Below are positions 28,826-37,538 of a stretch of DNA of 49,687 nt, one piece after another; the first letter of the stretch is position 1, and every line of letters begins with the position of its first letter. The notes beneath the pieces were generated by a model. It had not been told where the DNA came from. It saw nothing but the letters and a program-made list of their open reading frames with translations, and searched no databases. Position numbers and translations under genes: made by a program. Source of the DNA: an uncultured Clostridia bacterium. Its GTDB lineage: Bacteria > Bacillota > Clostridia > Christensenellales > CAG-138. Location: positions 1-49,687 of the forward strand of contig CAMPAN010000004.1 in the NCBI GenBank assembly GCA_946631895.1, given 5' to 3'.

Positions 28826-29149
28826 TCAATCCCCGCGGACCGACTGAATGGTGAGGAAGACCCCGGCGAGGAACGACATCGCTCCTGCGATACCGGCGAA
28901 AATGATGACAATCCCCTGTCCGGGGAACGCAGGCTTCCACTGATGGATGTTCCCCTTCCATTGCCCCTCTGCGGGAAGACCGTTGTGCACGGCGGAAATG
29001 ACATAGATCAAAGCGGCGATAAAAACGAGAAGCAGAATCACGCCGGCAATCAGTTTCTTTTTGGAAACATACTCCGGTATCAAAGGCGGCGAATACCGAT
29101 ACGGTGCTTTCACATCTTCCGTTCTGTAAACTCGAATTTTCCATCCCAT
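28826..29149 (-). CDS. Small hypothetical membrane protein (107 aa)
   Basis: ATG 29149 after AGGGGGG and an extended -10 TGGTATAAT; two TM segments. Confidence 0.65.
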   Translation of the reverse strand: MGWKIRVYRTEDVKAPYRYSPPLIPEYVSKKKLIAGVILLLVFIAALIYVISAVHNGLPAEGQWKGNIHQWKPAFPGQGIVIIFAGIAGAMSFLAGVFLTIQSVRGD

Positions 29150-29272
29150 GGTTTTACCCCCCTTTTCTGTTTTCATTATACCACCCAAAGCCGCAGGTAC
29201 AACCGCACACGGTCGGAGATAAAGCCGCTTATTGCCGAAAACAGTGCGAATTACGTCTCTTTTGCAAATCCG

Positions 29273-30229
29273 TTACGGCTCGGGCACCGGCTCCGGCGTC
29301 GGCTGCGCATCGAGGATCAGCACGATCCTTCCCATGGTCTCCGTGATCTCGCCGAGACGCTCCGTCACCGTCAGACCGAACGAAAGCGTGTCCTCGTCGA
29401 CGAGACGGTCGGCACGGCACAGGATGAAATTGCCGTCCTCCTCTATGAGCGCAAGATACCCGTTCCGCTGAGAGAAATCGGACAGGACGTTCTCATGCGT
29501 CGTGAGATTGAACCAGCCGACCTTGGTGAAATTGTCCTCATTCGCACCGAAATGATAGGTGTAGATCAGGTCCGGCTCGTCGTCGTAATCCAGATCGGTC
29601 ACGTAATAATCGAGCAGACCCTTGCCGTCCTCGCCTTCGCCGAGACGGTAATAGTTCCCGTCCTGCACAAGATACGAGCAGCCGAGCACGACGCTGCGGA
29701 TGATCCGGAATCCCTCCGTGCCGTCCTTCGTCATATCGAGCCAGTTCTCCGCAAGCATGAGGTCCGCGGAGTATTCCTCCAGATGTCCTTCGCTGAGCCC
29801 CAGAAGCTCCAGCGGCGGCGCTTCGTCCATCTTACGGTTGAAGACGCGGTGTCCCGGCACGGGCGTCGGCTCCGGCGTCGGCGTCGCCTGCACCGTGGTG
29901 TTTCCCGAACGGCAGGTCCGCATCGTCCGGAGCGTCACATATGCCGCAACGCCCAAAAGCACGACCGCGATCACGATGCACGCGACGACAAACGCGCCTT
30001 TTCCGAGCAGTTTTTTCCAGCTGCCGCCGGGCTCTTTTTTCGTCGCTTCCGGTTTTTCTTTCGTATACACACGCCGGACCGTTCCGCTGACATTAATATT
30101 CTGCGTGATTTCCTTTTTGTCCGTCAGGTTGACGATCTCAAATCCGCAGTATTTGCAGTGCAGCCGTTCACGACCTTCTTCAACTTCCATATTCGCGCCG
30201 CAGTTCGGACACTCAATTTTCACAAACAT
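29273..30229 (-). CDS. Zinc-ribbon + TM + extracellular domain protein
   Basis: CPNCG..CKYCG, one TM helix, PT linker, acidic C-terminal domain; GGAG RBS. Confidence 0.8.
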   Translation of the reverse strand: MFVKIECPNCGANMEVEEGRERLHCKYCGFEIVNLTDKKEITQNINVSGTVRRVYTKEKPEATKKEPGGSWKKLLGKGAFVVACIVIAVVLLGVAAYVTLRTMRTCRSGNTTVQATPTPEPTPVPGHRVFNRKMDEAPPLELLGLSEGHLEEYSADLMLAENWLDMTKDGTEGFRIIRSVVLGCSYLVQDGNYYRLGEGEDGKGLLDYYVTDLDYDDEPDLIYTYHFGANEDNFTKVGWFNLTTHENVLSDFSQRNGYLALIEEDGNFILCRADRLVDEDTLSFGLTVTERLGEITETMGRIVLILDAQPTPEPVPEP

Positions 30230-30247
30230 TTTCTCCTCCCGGGAAGC

Positions 30248-30892
30248 TCAAAGCTCCTCCAAAGCAAGTATTGCCCCGTTGAGACCGTCCAAAAGCCTTG
30301 CAAGGTGGATCCCGTCGATCAGACGGTGATTGACCTGCACGGTATAGGAAAGCGTTTTTCTGCCCTGCTCATCCGAAGTGAAGCGTCCCCACATGATGCG
30401 GGGCGTGCTGTCCGTATTGTCCAGCGGAAACTCCTGCGCGATATGCGTATAGTCGATCCACGGCAGCGACGAAATATAGACGTCGTGTCCCGCCTCGTCC
30501 GCCTCGGCGGTCGGGATCGGGGATTCGTTCTCCGCCTCCGCCGCTTTCATCCGCGCCGCAAACGAAACCGGATCCTCGCCGTCGATCCATTTCAATCCGC
30601 AGATGCCGAAAAGCTCGTCGTCCCACGGATAGGTATAGGACGGGTTGCGGCTGTCGAGCAGATAAACCTCGTCTCCGCGCAGTTCATAACGGAACGCCTC
30701 GACGCTGTTTATCGCCCGCATGGTGCACCAGATCAGCGTGGAATAGACGGAGATTCCGTTTTTACGGGCAAAATCCGCCGCGGCGGTCACGTCGACCCGC
30801 CACGTTACGCTGTAAAACGGAACCTCCAGCCTCTGAAAGAGCCGGTCGTGTCCGTTGCGTTTCCATTCCCGTCGGTCGATCCGCCGTTCCAT
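30248..30892 (-). CDS. CatA-like O-acetyltransferase (chloramphenicol acetyltransferase family)
   Basis: ID..EWKR, PFYSVT..VDVT, ISSLPWIDYT, PRIMWGRF, catalytic QVNHRLIDGIH. Confidence 0.88.
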   Translation of the reverse strand: MERRIDRREWKRNGHDRLFQRLEVPFYSVTWRVDVTAAADFARKNGISVYSTLIWCTMRAINSVEAFRYELRGDEVYLLDSRNPSYTYPWDDELFGICGLKWIDGEDPVSFAARMKAAEAENESPIPTAEADEAGHDVYISSLPWIDYTHIAQEFPLDNTDSTPRIMWGRFTSDEQGRKTLSYTVQVNHRLIDGIHLARLLDGLNGAILALEEL

Positions 30893-30894
30893 GC

Positions 30895-31602
30895 TCAGAA
30901 TACCCTCCGCGCGAATACGAACGCGTCCTTCCAGTAATTGCTGTCGATGTCGTTGGTGATAACCTTGCCCTTCCCAGAGGACGGATAGATCATCTCTCCG
31001 TCGCCGAGATAGATCGTCACGCAGTTGACGCTCTCATATCCGGGCGTCATAAAGAAGCACAGGTCGCCCGGCTCGAGATCCTCGATGGCGTCCACGCGCT
31101 GCCAGCCCTCGTTTTCGGAATAGCCCTTGCTCGTCTTGCGGCGTACGTCGACGCCCACCTCGTTCAGGCAGTAGTATACGAATCCGCCCGGATCGAAGCC
31201 GCTTTCCGGCGATTTCCCGCCGCTGTGATACGACAGATCCAGAAGCGACCGCGCCGTCTCGCAGAGCTGTTCCGCCTTCGTGCGGTTCGGTTCCGGCGTC
31301 GCCGTCGGTTCCGGGGTCGGCGCTTCGGTCGGCTCCGGCGTCGGTTCCTCCGTGGGGGTTAAGGTCGGTTCCTCGGTCGGCGCTTCGACCGTCGCGGGAA
31401 CCGCCTTCGATTGCGTGTCCGCCGTCTCCGACGAAACGGAAACCTCGTCCGATACCGGTTCCAGAACCGGGGTTTCCAGTTGTCCGATGATCTGTATTCT
31501 ATCCGTATCCGGCTCGATCTCCGCGATTTTTGCGCGTGCCGAACAGCCGAACGCCAAGAACAGACCGAGGAGCACAGCGGCTGCGCAAAGCACTCGCTTC
31601 AT
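30895..31602 (-). CDS. NlpC/P60-family lipoprotein lacking the canonical catalytic residues
   Basis: Lipobox AFGC, PT linker, YHSGGKSPESGFDPGGFVYY, LEPGDLCFF, NCVTIYLGDGEMIYPSSG. Confidence 0.85.
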   Translation of the reverse strand: MKRVLCAAAVLLGLFLAFGCSARAKIAEIEPDTDRIQIIGQLETPVLEPVSDEVSVSSETADTQSKAVPATVEAPTEEPTLTPTEEPTPEPTEAPTPEPTATPEPNRTKAEQLCETARSLLDLSYHSGGKSPESGFDPGGFVYYCLNEVGVDVRRKTSKGYSENEGWQRVDAIEDLEPGDLCFFMTPGYESVNCVTIYLGDGEMIYPSSGKGKVITNDIDSNYWKDAFVFARRVF

Positions 31603-31651
31603 TCGGATACACCTCCCGTTGTTATCATGTGGCTTGATTATAAAGGAACAA

Positions 31652-31679
31652 TGTCACCGAACCGTAAACGGAATGTGAA
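31652..31679. promoter_or_regulatory. OmpR/WalR-type direct repeats upstream of the NlpC/P60 gene
   Basis: TGTCAC-N5-CGTAAA-N5-TGTGAA, next to a minus-strand TATAAT at 31637-31642. Confidence 0.5.
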
Positions 31680-31730
31680 CAATTCTTTATTTTTACTCTT
31701 TTGAAGCAAAAAGCCTGTCGAATGCCGTTC

Positions 31731-31758
31731 AAAAAAACCGGGAGATCGCTCTCCCGGT
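31731..31758 (-). terminator. thiT terminator
   Basis: ACCGGGAGA-loop-TCTCCCGGT followed by TTTTTT on the minus strand. Confidence 0.75.
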
Positions 31759-31776
31759 CATATAATCCGATGATCC

Positions 31777-32694
31777 TTACGCTTCGTTCTTCACGGCTTC
31801 CGGTTTTTTTGCTTTCGGACCGATCCCCGCGTGCATCACAAGCGCCGCCAGCGGGAACGCCAGTACGAAGCAGATCAATGTGTCAAACAGCATATACCAT
31901 CCGTTATAAACAACGGAGACCATCAGCGCATCCTTGTTCAGAACCTGCGAGAAGAACAGGAAACCCGAAAGCGTATGCACCGCCCAACGGGCAGCGCCGC
32001 CGATGATCGTGCCGATCGGAAGTGCAAAAATCTTTGCCGGGATATGCTTCGAAATACCGGCGAAGCCGATCGCCGCAAATGCCAGCGGGTAGTCGAGCAC
32101 GACCTGCGCCCAGTGTGTGATCTCCGGCTTCTGAATGAACTGCAGAAGACCGTAAACAAGACCGACCAGAAGTCCGCGCCGTGTGCCGTACATATAAGCG
32201 TACAGCATGATCGGCAGCATAGACGCCAGCGTTACGGAACCGCCCTGCGGCGCAGAGAACATCTTGATATAGCTCAGAACAAACGCCATTGCAACGCAGA
32301 TCGCGCCGTACGTCAGCGCGCGCACGTCCGTCTTGTGCGGAACCGTTTCACGGTCGGATACTCCGACGATGATCCCCGCAATGTACAGTACCAGCGCGGC
32401 AAGGATCGCAATTGCCGGCAGCAGATAAGATATCGCTTTGGGCAGAACCGCCGGGTCGTATTCCGCCGGACTCAACGCCATGATTGCAATCATCTGCACG
32501 GCAAAAACCGCAACAAAGAAGCACATTGCAATGATTGCAAGTATTTTTACGCCCTTCTTGCCCTCTGCTTTGCGGTAATGGATGTTCCACAGCGTAACTG
32601 CGCCGATCAGGATCAGCGCTGCAACGATCCATAACCACTGAGCGGTCTTGATCTTCTCCAGCTTCTGCAGCAGAATGAATTCCATGTCTTCCAT
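31777..32694 (-). CDS. thiT: ECF-type thiamine transporter S component ThiT with an N-terminal membrane extension
   Basis: ALTYGAICVAMAFVLSYIK, PQGGSVT, QVVLDYPLAF, HTLSGFLFF, SVVYNGWY; lies behind a TPP riboswitch; ATG 32694 after GGAGG. Confidence 0.9.
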   Translation of the reverse strand: MEDMEFILLQKLEKIKTAQWLWIVAALILIGAVTLWNIHYRKAEGKKGVKILAIIAMCFFVAVFAVQMIAIMALSPAEYDPAVLPKAISYLLPAIAILAALVLYIAGIIVGVSDRETVPHKTDVRALTYGAICVAMAFVLSYIKMFSAPQGGSVTLASMLPIMLYAYMYGTRRGLLVGLVYGLLQFIQKPEITHWAQVVLDYPLAFAAIGFAGISKHIPAKIFALPIGTIIGGAARWAVHTLSGFLFFSQVLNKDALMVSVVYNGWYMLFDTLICFVLAFPLAALVMHAGIGPKAKKPEAVKNEA

Positions 32695-32708
32695 TTTTTT
32701 CCCTCCGT

Positions 32709-32740
32709 AAAAAATGATGCCGCCCCGTCGGGACGGCATC
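32709..32740 (-). terminator. Riboswitch expression-platform terminator
   Basis: GATGCCGTCCC-loop-GGGGCGGCATC then ATTTTTT on the minus strand. Confidence 0.8.
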
Positions 32741-32757
32741 CGAAAAGCTTATGGTTT

Positions 32758-32832
32758 ACGCTTCCTACGATGGCATGACCCAACAGGTTCCAAGGGTGCT
32801 TCTCAGCCGAAGGTCGTTCGGCGCCCCTGCGT
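32758..32832 (-). ncRNA. TPP riboswitch (THI box)
   Basis: Minus strand reads ACGCAGGGGCGCC..GGCTGAGA..ACCCTTGGAACCTGTTGGGTCATGCCATCGTAGGAAGCGT, directly upstream of thiT. Confidence 0.93.
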
Positions 32833-32864
32833 CGGGTCTACTATAGCAAAAAACGCACCGTTCG

Positions 32865-33413
32865 TCAAGCATCCGTATGAAAAACCGTGAAATCGCGTAT
32901 CCGGATCTTCACGACGCCGAGAATCATCTCGGGTCCGAGGCAGTCGATCGTCTCCTTGCGGCTGTCCTCTCCGTAATTCCGGTCGTCGGACAGGACAAAG
33001 ACCTTGCCCTCCGGCACGCGGATCCTCTGGATGTCGAGCGGCTCGGAAGCGCGGTACCGCGCCTCGTCGATGCCGTATCTTCCGTCAATGATGAGCACGC
33101 CGTCCTTTGCCTCAACGGTTTCTCCGCCGAGCGCGATCACGCGGCGAATGAGCAGCGCGCCGGTTTCCGGATCACGGAACACGACCATGTCGCCGCGGCT
33201 GAGCTCGCGGAAATGCCGGTACAGCCGGTCGTAAAAGATCGTATCGCCCACCTTAAGCGTCGGCATCATGGATTCATCCGCCACATGAACCGGCGAAAAC
33301 CAGACGAACAGGACAAACAGAACCAGCGCAAGACCGATGAGCCCGGAAAAAATCCAGCTCAGGATGCTTTGCGTGCGATGTTCTTTTCTGAACCGTTCGG
33401 ATCGTGTATTCAT
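32865..33413 (-). CDS. Signal peptidase I paralogue with the catalytic Lys replaced by Arg
   Basis: ESMMPTL..GD, RGDMVVF, LLIRRVIALGGE, FVLSDDRNYGEDSR. Confidence 0.82.
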   Translation of the reverse strand: MNTRSERFRKEHRTQSILSWIFSGLIGLALVLFVLFVWFSPVHVADESMMPTLKVGDTIFYDRLYRHFRELSRGDMVVFRDPETGALLIRRVIALGGETVEAKDGVLIIDGRYGIDEARYRASEPLDIQRIRVPEGKVFVLSDDRNYGEDSRKETIDCLGPEMILGVVKIRIRDFTVFHTDA

Positions 33414-33414
33414 A

Positions 33415-34023
33415 TCAGACAAGACGGAACTGCTTCATCGGAAACAGGACAAGTCGCACCTTGCCGACCACGCGGCAAAGCGGGATCGGACCGACGGTAT
33501 CGTAGCGCGAATCGCGGCTGACCGCGCGGTTGTCGCCGAGCACATAGACGGTATCCGCCGGAACCGTCTGCGCCGGAATATACTGGTTTCCGATGCGGTC
33601 CGGGCTGAGATACGGTTCGTCGATCTTTTCTCCGTTGACATAGACCGCGCCGTCACGCGTTTCGATCGTATCGCCGCCGACGGCGATCACGCGCTTGACG
33701 CGCGTCGCATATGTGAGCTCCTGATCCGCATAATACGAGTCGGGATAATAGCAGAGCACGACGTCGCCGCGCTTCGGCTCTTTGAACGCATATGCGGTAC
33801 GGTCCGCCACCATGACCTCGCCGTTCTGCAGCGTGTCGAGCATGGAATGCCCGTCTACACGCACGGGATCCAGAAGCACCGCGCGCACGGAAAACATGAT
33901 CAGAACGATCAGCACCAGATAGATCAGAAAATCCAGCGCGCGCCACAGGAGCCCGCCCTCCAGAGATTCATTTCGTTTTTCCGCTTCCCGCCGCAGGGCG
34001 GAGACAGGTTTTTGTTCCGGCAT
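33415..34023 (-). CDS. lepB: Signal peptidase I
   Basis: GHSMLDTL, VKRVIAVGGD, LGDNRAVSRDSR. Confidence 0.92.
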   Translation of the reverse strand: MPEQKPVSALRREAEKRNESLEGGLLWRALDFLIYLVLIVLIMFSVRAVLLDPVRVDGHSMLDTLQNGEVMVADRTAYAFKEPKRGDVVLCYYPDSYYADQELTYATRVKRVIAVGGDTIETRDGAVYVNGEKIDEPYLSPDRIGNQYIPAQTVPADTVYVLGDNRAVSRDSRYDTVGPIPLCRVVGKVRLVLFPMKQFRLV

Positions 34024-34026
34024 GGT

Positions 34027-34218
34027 TTACGACTCTTTTCCGATGATTTTTTTTGCCGCCTTCAAAAAGGCAAGCCGGTCGAGCATCACGATCCGCCCGC
34101 ATCCCGTGCATCTGATCTTCACATCCGCGCCGACGCGCGTGATCGTCCAGGTGTCGCAGCCGCAGGCGTGCGGTTTTTTCATGCGCACCGTATCTCCGAG
34201 TGAAAATGTTTCGATCAT
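34027..34218 (-). CDS. DUF951 family protein (YyzM-like)
   Basis: LGDTVRMKKPHACG..W.ITRVGADVKIRCTGCGRIVML. Confidence 0.9.
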   Translation of the reverse strand: MIETFSLGDTVRMKKPHACGCDTWTITRVGADVKIRCTGCGRIVMLDRLAFLKAAKKIIGKES

Positions 34219-35102
34219 TTTTCGGTTCCTTTGTACCGGATATAGCGGTCCGCCGCCTCCGCGATCTGCGCCGCCTTTTCCTCGTGCATCCAGTGTCCCG
34301 TATTGCGGATGCTGTGATACACGCTGTCCGGGAGCATCTTCCGGAGCGCAAAGAGCCGGTCCATCGGCTGCAGCTTATCCTCCTCGCCCCAGATGATGAA
34401 GAATTCGCGGTTCGCTTTTTTGACGGTTTCGAGCGCGTATTCCCCGTCAAAGTTGCGGATGGCGTACATGATCGCCTGCCGCGACGCGTGATCGTCGCAG
34501 GTCTTGTAATACTGATCGATCACCTCGTCGGTGCAGACCGTTCCGTCGTAATAGAACAGCGGCAGATATTTCTGAAAATCCTTCTTGCCGTACATTTCGC
34601 GATAGACGGGACCGAGCGGCGATTCGAGTCTCCGGATCTTTTTCGGCATTCGTTCCGTGATTCCGCCCGGCGTCAGCGCAATGACCTTCATAAACCGGTC
34701 CGGATACTTCGCCGCCGCGAACATCGTGTAAACGGCGCCCATCGTCACGCCGAGCGCATGCGTCTTTTTCACACCGAGCGCATCGAGACATTTTACGATG
34801 ACGTCCGCCATTTCATCCATCGAATAATTCAGGGAGTCCGGACGGTCGGAATACCCGAAACCGGGCAGATCGATCGCGACGGCGCAGTAGGATTCCGCGA
34901 GCTTCGGCATCAGCTTGCGCCAGGTGTAGATCGACTGTCCCACCGAATGCACCAGCAGAAGCGGCTCTCCGCTTCCCATCGAAAGATAGTGGATGCGGCA
35001 GGGCTCCGGCTTCGGCCGACTGCCGGAAAATCCAGGCAGTTCTACGGTAATGTAATCTCCGATCAGGTCGGAATTGACGATCGGTTTGAATTTCTGTTTC
35101 AT
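34215..35102 (-). CDS. Alpha/beta-hydrolase fold protein with Thr at the nucleophile position
   Basis: GSGEPLLLVHS, IDLPGFGYSD, LGVTMGA, WGEEDK, TGHWMHEE. Confidence 0.88.
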   Translation of the reverse strand: MKQKFKPIVNSDLIGDYITVELPGFSGSRPKPEPCRIHYLSMGSGEPLLLVHSVGQSIYTWRKLMPKLAESYCAVAIDLPGFGYSDRPDSLNYSMDEMADVIVKCLDALGVKKTHALGVTMGAVYTMFAAAKYPDRFMKVIALTPGGITERMPKKIRRLESPLGPVYREMYGKKDFQKYLPLFYYDGTVCTDEVIDQYYKTCDDHASRQAIMYAIRNFDGEYALETVKKANREFFIIWGEEDKLQPMDRLFALRKMLPDSVYHSIRNTGHWMHEEKAAQIAEAADRYIRYKGTEK

Positions 35103-35324
35103 AATGCACCTCTTCAGATTGTTTTGATTATACTGCCAAGCGAAACATGATGCAAGAATACGACGGAAAACTTTTCTTTTCGTACATATTTCTGTTGCAA
35201 ATCCGATGCTTTTCTATGTTATCATGTGCCGGATAAACCAATTTTAACGCTTTCTGTCATCTTTTCCGGACCTGTGCCGCTTTCTTTACAGAACATGTTC
35301 AAAACCGAAAGGAGGATCGCATCT

Positions 35325-35864
35325 TTGGATCTTTCAAATCTGATGAAAACCGATCCGGAAACCGGTACGCGCGTAATGCTGCGGCAATACGGCGGGCTTG
35401 TTTACGGAACCGTGCGGCACATACTCTCCGGCTGTCCGGACGACGACGTCGAAGAATGCGTTTCGGACGTATTCTATTACCTTTACAGACACCGCAAACG
35501 GCTCGATTTTTCGGACCGCGCGCTGAAATCCTATCTGATCAAAACCGCAGAACACAGGGCGATCGACCACAAGCGAAAGATCGTCCGCATGCCGGTCCCG
35601 CAGGACGATGCGCTGTGGGACGCGGCGGAACCGGAACGATCCGCGGAGGAAGAAGCGTTAAGCGCGCTTTCCCGCGAAGAACTCATGGAACGGATCCGCG
35701 CGCTCGGTGAGCCGGACGCTTCGATCCTTTTGATGAAATACTGGCTCGGTATGAAATGCAAAGAGATCGGAGACCGGCTCGGATTGAAACCGAATACCGT
35801 TGCGGTCCGCGCCGGAAGAGCCTTGAAACGCATCAGAGAAACATGGAAAGGAGAATCGGAATGA
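35325..35864 (+). CDS. ECF RNA polymerase sigma factor
   Basis: DVEECVSDVF, LKSYL...AID, KYWLGMKCKEIGDRLGL; probable TTG start after AAGGAGG. Confidence 0.9.
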   Translation: MDLSNLMKTDPETGTRVMLRQYGGLVYGTVRHILSGCPDDDVEECVSDVFYYLYRHRKRLDFSDRALKSYLIKTAEHRAIDHKRKIVRMPVPQDDALWDAAEPERSAEEEALSALSREELMERIRALGEPDASILLMKYWLGMKCKEIGDRLGLKPNTVAVRAGRALKRIRETWKGESE

Positions 35865-37354
35865 AACATTCCTTATCTGAAAAATTCAACAATCTGACGC
35901 CGGAGGAAACGGAGCGTGTTTACGCGTCGCTCGAACCGGACGCCGTTATGGACCCTGAGACCGAGAAGCGCATTGAAGCACGGTTGAACCGGAAGCTGCC
36001 GTCGGAAAAACCGGCGGTTCTGCGGACGCTCAGTAAGGTGTGGAAACCCGTGATTGTCGCTGCAGCGGCTTGCCTTGTCGTGTATCTGACGCTCGGCTTC
36101 ACCGTGCCCGGCGTGGCGGACGGACTCTACAGACTGGTGCATCCGGACACGACGACCGACAGCTACTTCATGCAGCTGCCGGACGAACATGAACCGGTCA
36201 AGGACATCGAACAGGCGATCGAAAACACCCGCGCGGAAAACAACGGCGGCGCTGCGGAACTGATCGGAAGCTATTCCGGCGAGCTGCCCGGCGACGCCGA
36301 ATTCAACAAGGAAGCGGCGGGAACGAGTGAACATCCCGCGGTCGATCCGGACGAATTTGCGTATCTGCTGACGCTGAAGCCTGAGTTGAAAGAGCTTTAT
36401 TACGACGGAGAACGGCTGATCGTCAACGCGTACTTCGAGTGTCCGTTCGCAGGCGATTTTCTGGTCGGCTTCGGAAACAAAGAGATTGCGCACAGTCACA
36501 ATCTCGATATGCTGACTGCTCATGTACTCGGCACGGTCAACGGTACGCCGTATGAATTCGGCGGTTACGCACACGGTGTGATCCCGGTCTTCGACAAAAA
36601 GGAGGCAAATGGGTTCACCATGCAGACGGACATCGATCTCAACACGCCGCTGCCCGACGGAAAAGTCGAAATGACGCTGTATTATTACATCTATAACTGC
36701 GACAATCCGGAGATTGAATATAACATTGCGCGGGTGAAGCATCAATTCTCGTTCGACACGACAGCCGGCAACAAGCATGAGACGAAGACCTGCTTGCTGA
36801 CGCTTTCCGGATCCGCGCCGATGACGGTGACGGAGCGGGATCCCGAAACGAAGGAATTCACGAAGATCGGAAACCGCACGGTATCGTTCGACGGTGTGAC
36901 GCTGAATCTGGAAACGACGATCCTGCCCGGCGGCATGACGATTGCGATCAACACGTATACCGCGCCGGATTCTTTCAATGAAGATCTGATGAATTCGCTT
37001 CTGACGTATCACGAAGGGCTGCAGTTCGACGTCTATGTGAACGGTGAGCGCATCGAATCCCGCGTGCCGAACAGTCTCGGCGGCGACAGATGGAAGATCG
37101 AGCTGCCGATCCACGCGGAGGACCTTCCGGAGATCCGATCGATCCGGCTCGTGCCGAAGATCGTGCGTATCACGGGGATCGTGCCGATCCTCGATCCGAT
37201 AGACGGATCCAAAAAGGGCGATCCGATCGTTCTGACGGTCGACGCAGCACCGACGGAAATGTCGGGGTACGGATACAACCTGCTCGGCTGGGAGGAAACC
37301 GTTCTTTCGGATTGCGCATTTGAGCTGCCGCTCCCGGGAACCGCACAGTATTGA
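35861..37354 (+). CDS. Putative transmembrane anti-sigma factor (DUF4179-like architecture)
   Basis: ATGA overlap with the sigma gene stop; short cytoplasmic N-terminus, VAAAACLVVYL TM helix, large extracellular domain. Confidence 0.75.
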   Translation: MKHSLSEKFNNLTPEETERVYASLEPDAVMDPETEKRIEARLNRKLPSEKPAVLRTLSKVWKPVIVAAAACLVVYLTLGFTVPGVADGLYRLVHPDTTTDSYFMQLPDEHEPVKDIEQAIENTRAENNGGAAELIGSYSGELPGDAEFNKEAAGTSEHPAVDPDEFAYLLTLKPELKELYYDGERLIVNAYFECPFAGDFLVGFGNKEIAHSHNLDMLTAHVLGTVNGTPYEFGGYAHGVIPVFDKKEANGFTMQTDIDLNTPLPDGKVEMTLYYYIYNCDNPEIEYNIARVKHQFSFDTTAGNKHETKTCLLTLSGSAPMTVTERDPETKEFTKIGNRTVSFDGVTLNLETTILPGGMTIAINTYTAPDSFNEDLMNSLLTYHEGLQFDVYVNGERIESRVPNSLGGDRWKIELPIHAEDLPEIRSIRLVPKIVRITGIVPILDPIDGSKKGDPIVLTVDAAPTEMSGYGYNLLGWEETVLSDCAFELPLPGTAQY

Positions 37355-37396
37355 GGTATTCCCATTTAAGGGATATGCATTCGATCAAATGAACAG

Positions 37397-37434
37397 AAAT
37401 CCCCGCCCGAAGACCGAATCGGGCGGGGATTTTT
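37397..37434 (+). terminator. Intrinsic terminator upstream of dnaA
   Basis: AAATCCCCGCCCGA-loop-TCGGGCGGGGATTTTT. Confidence 0.85.
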
Positions 37435-37538
37435 CCGTAAAACGCTTTTCTTTCCTGAAAAAATCTGTTATGATAACAGAGGTAGATTAGCCTTGTTAAG
37501 AAGCCGGACGGCTTTTTATGAACAGATTGGGGAAAACA

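Noticed and set aside
37435-37538. Upstream oriC half or DnaA autoregulatory boxes
   Set aside because: The best match (TGGGGAAAA) has two mismatches and overlaps the probable RBS; there is no cluster.
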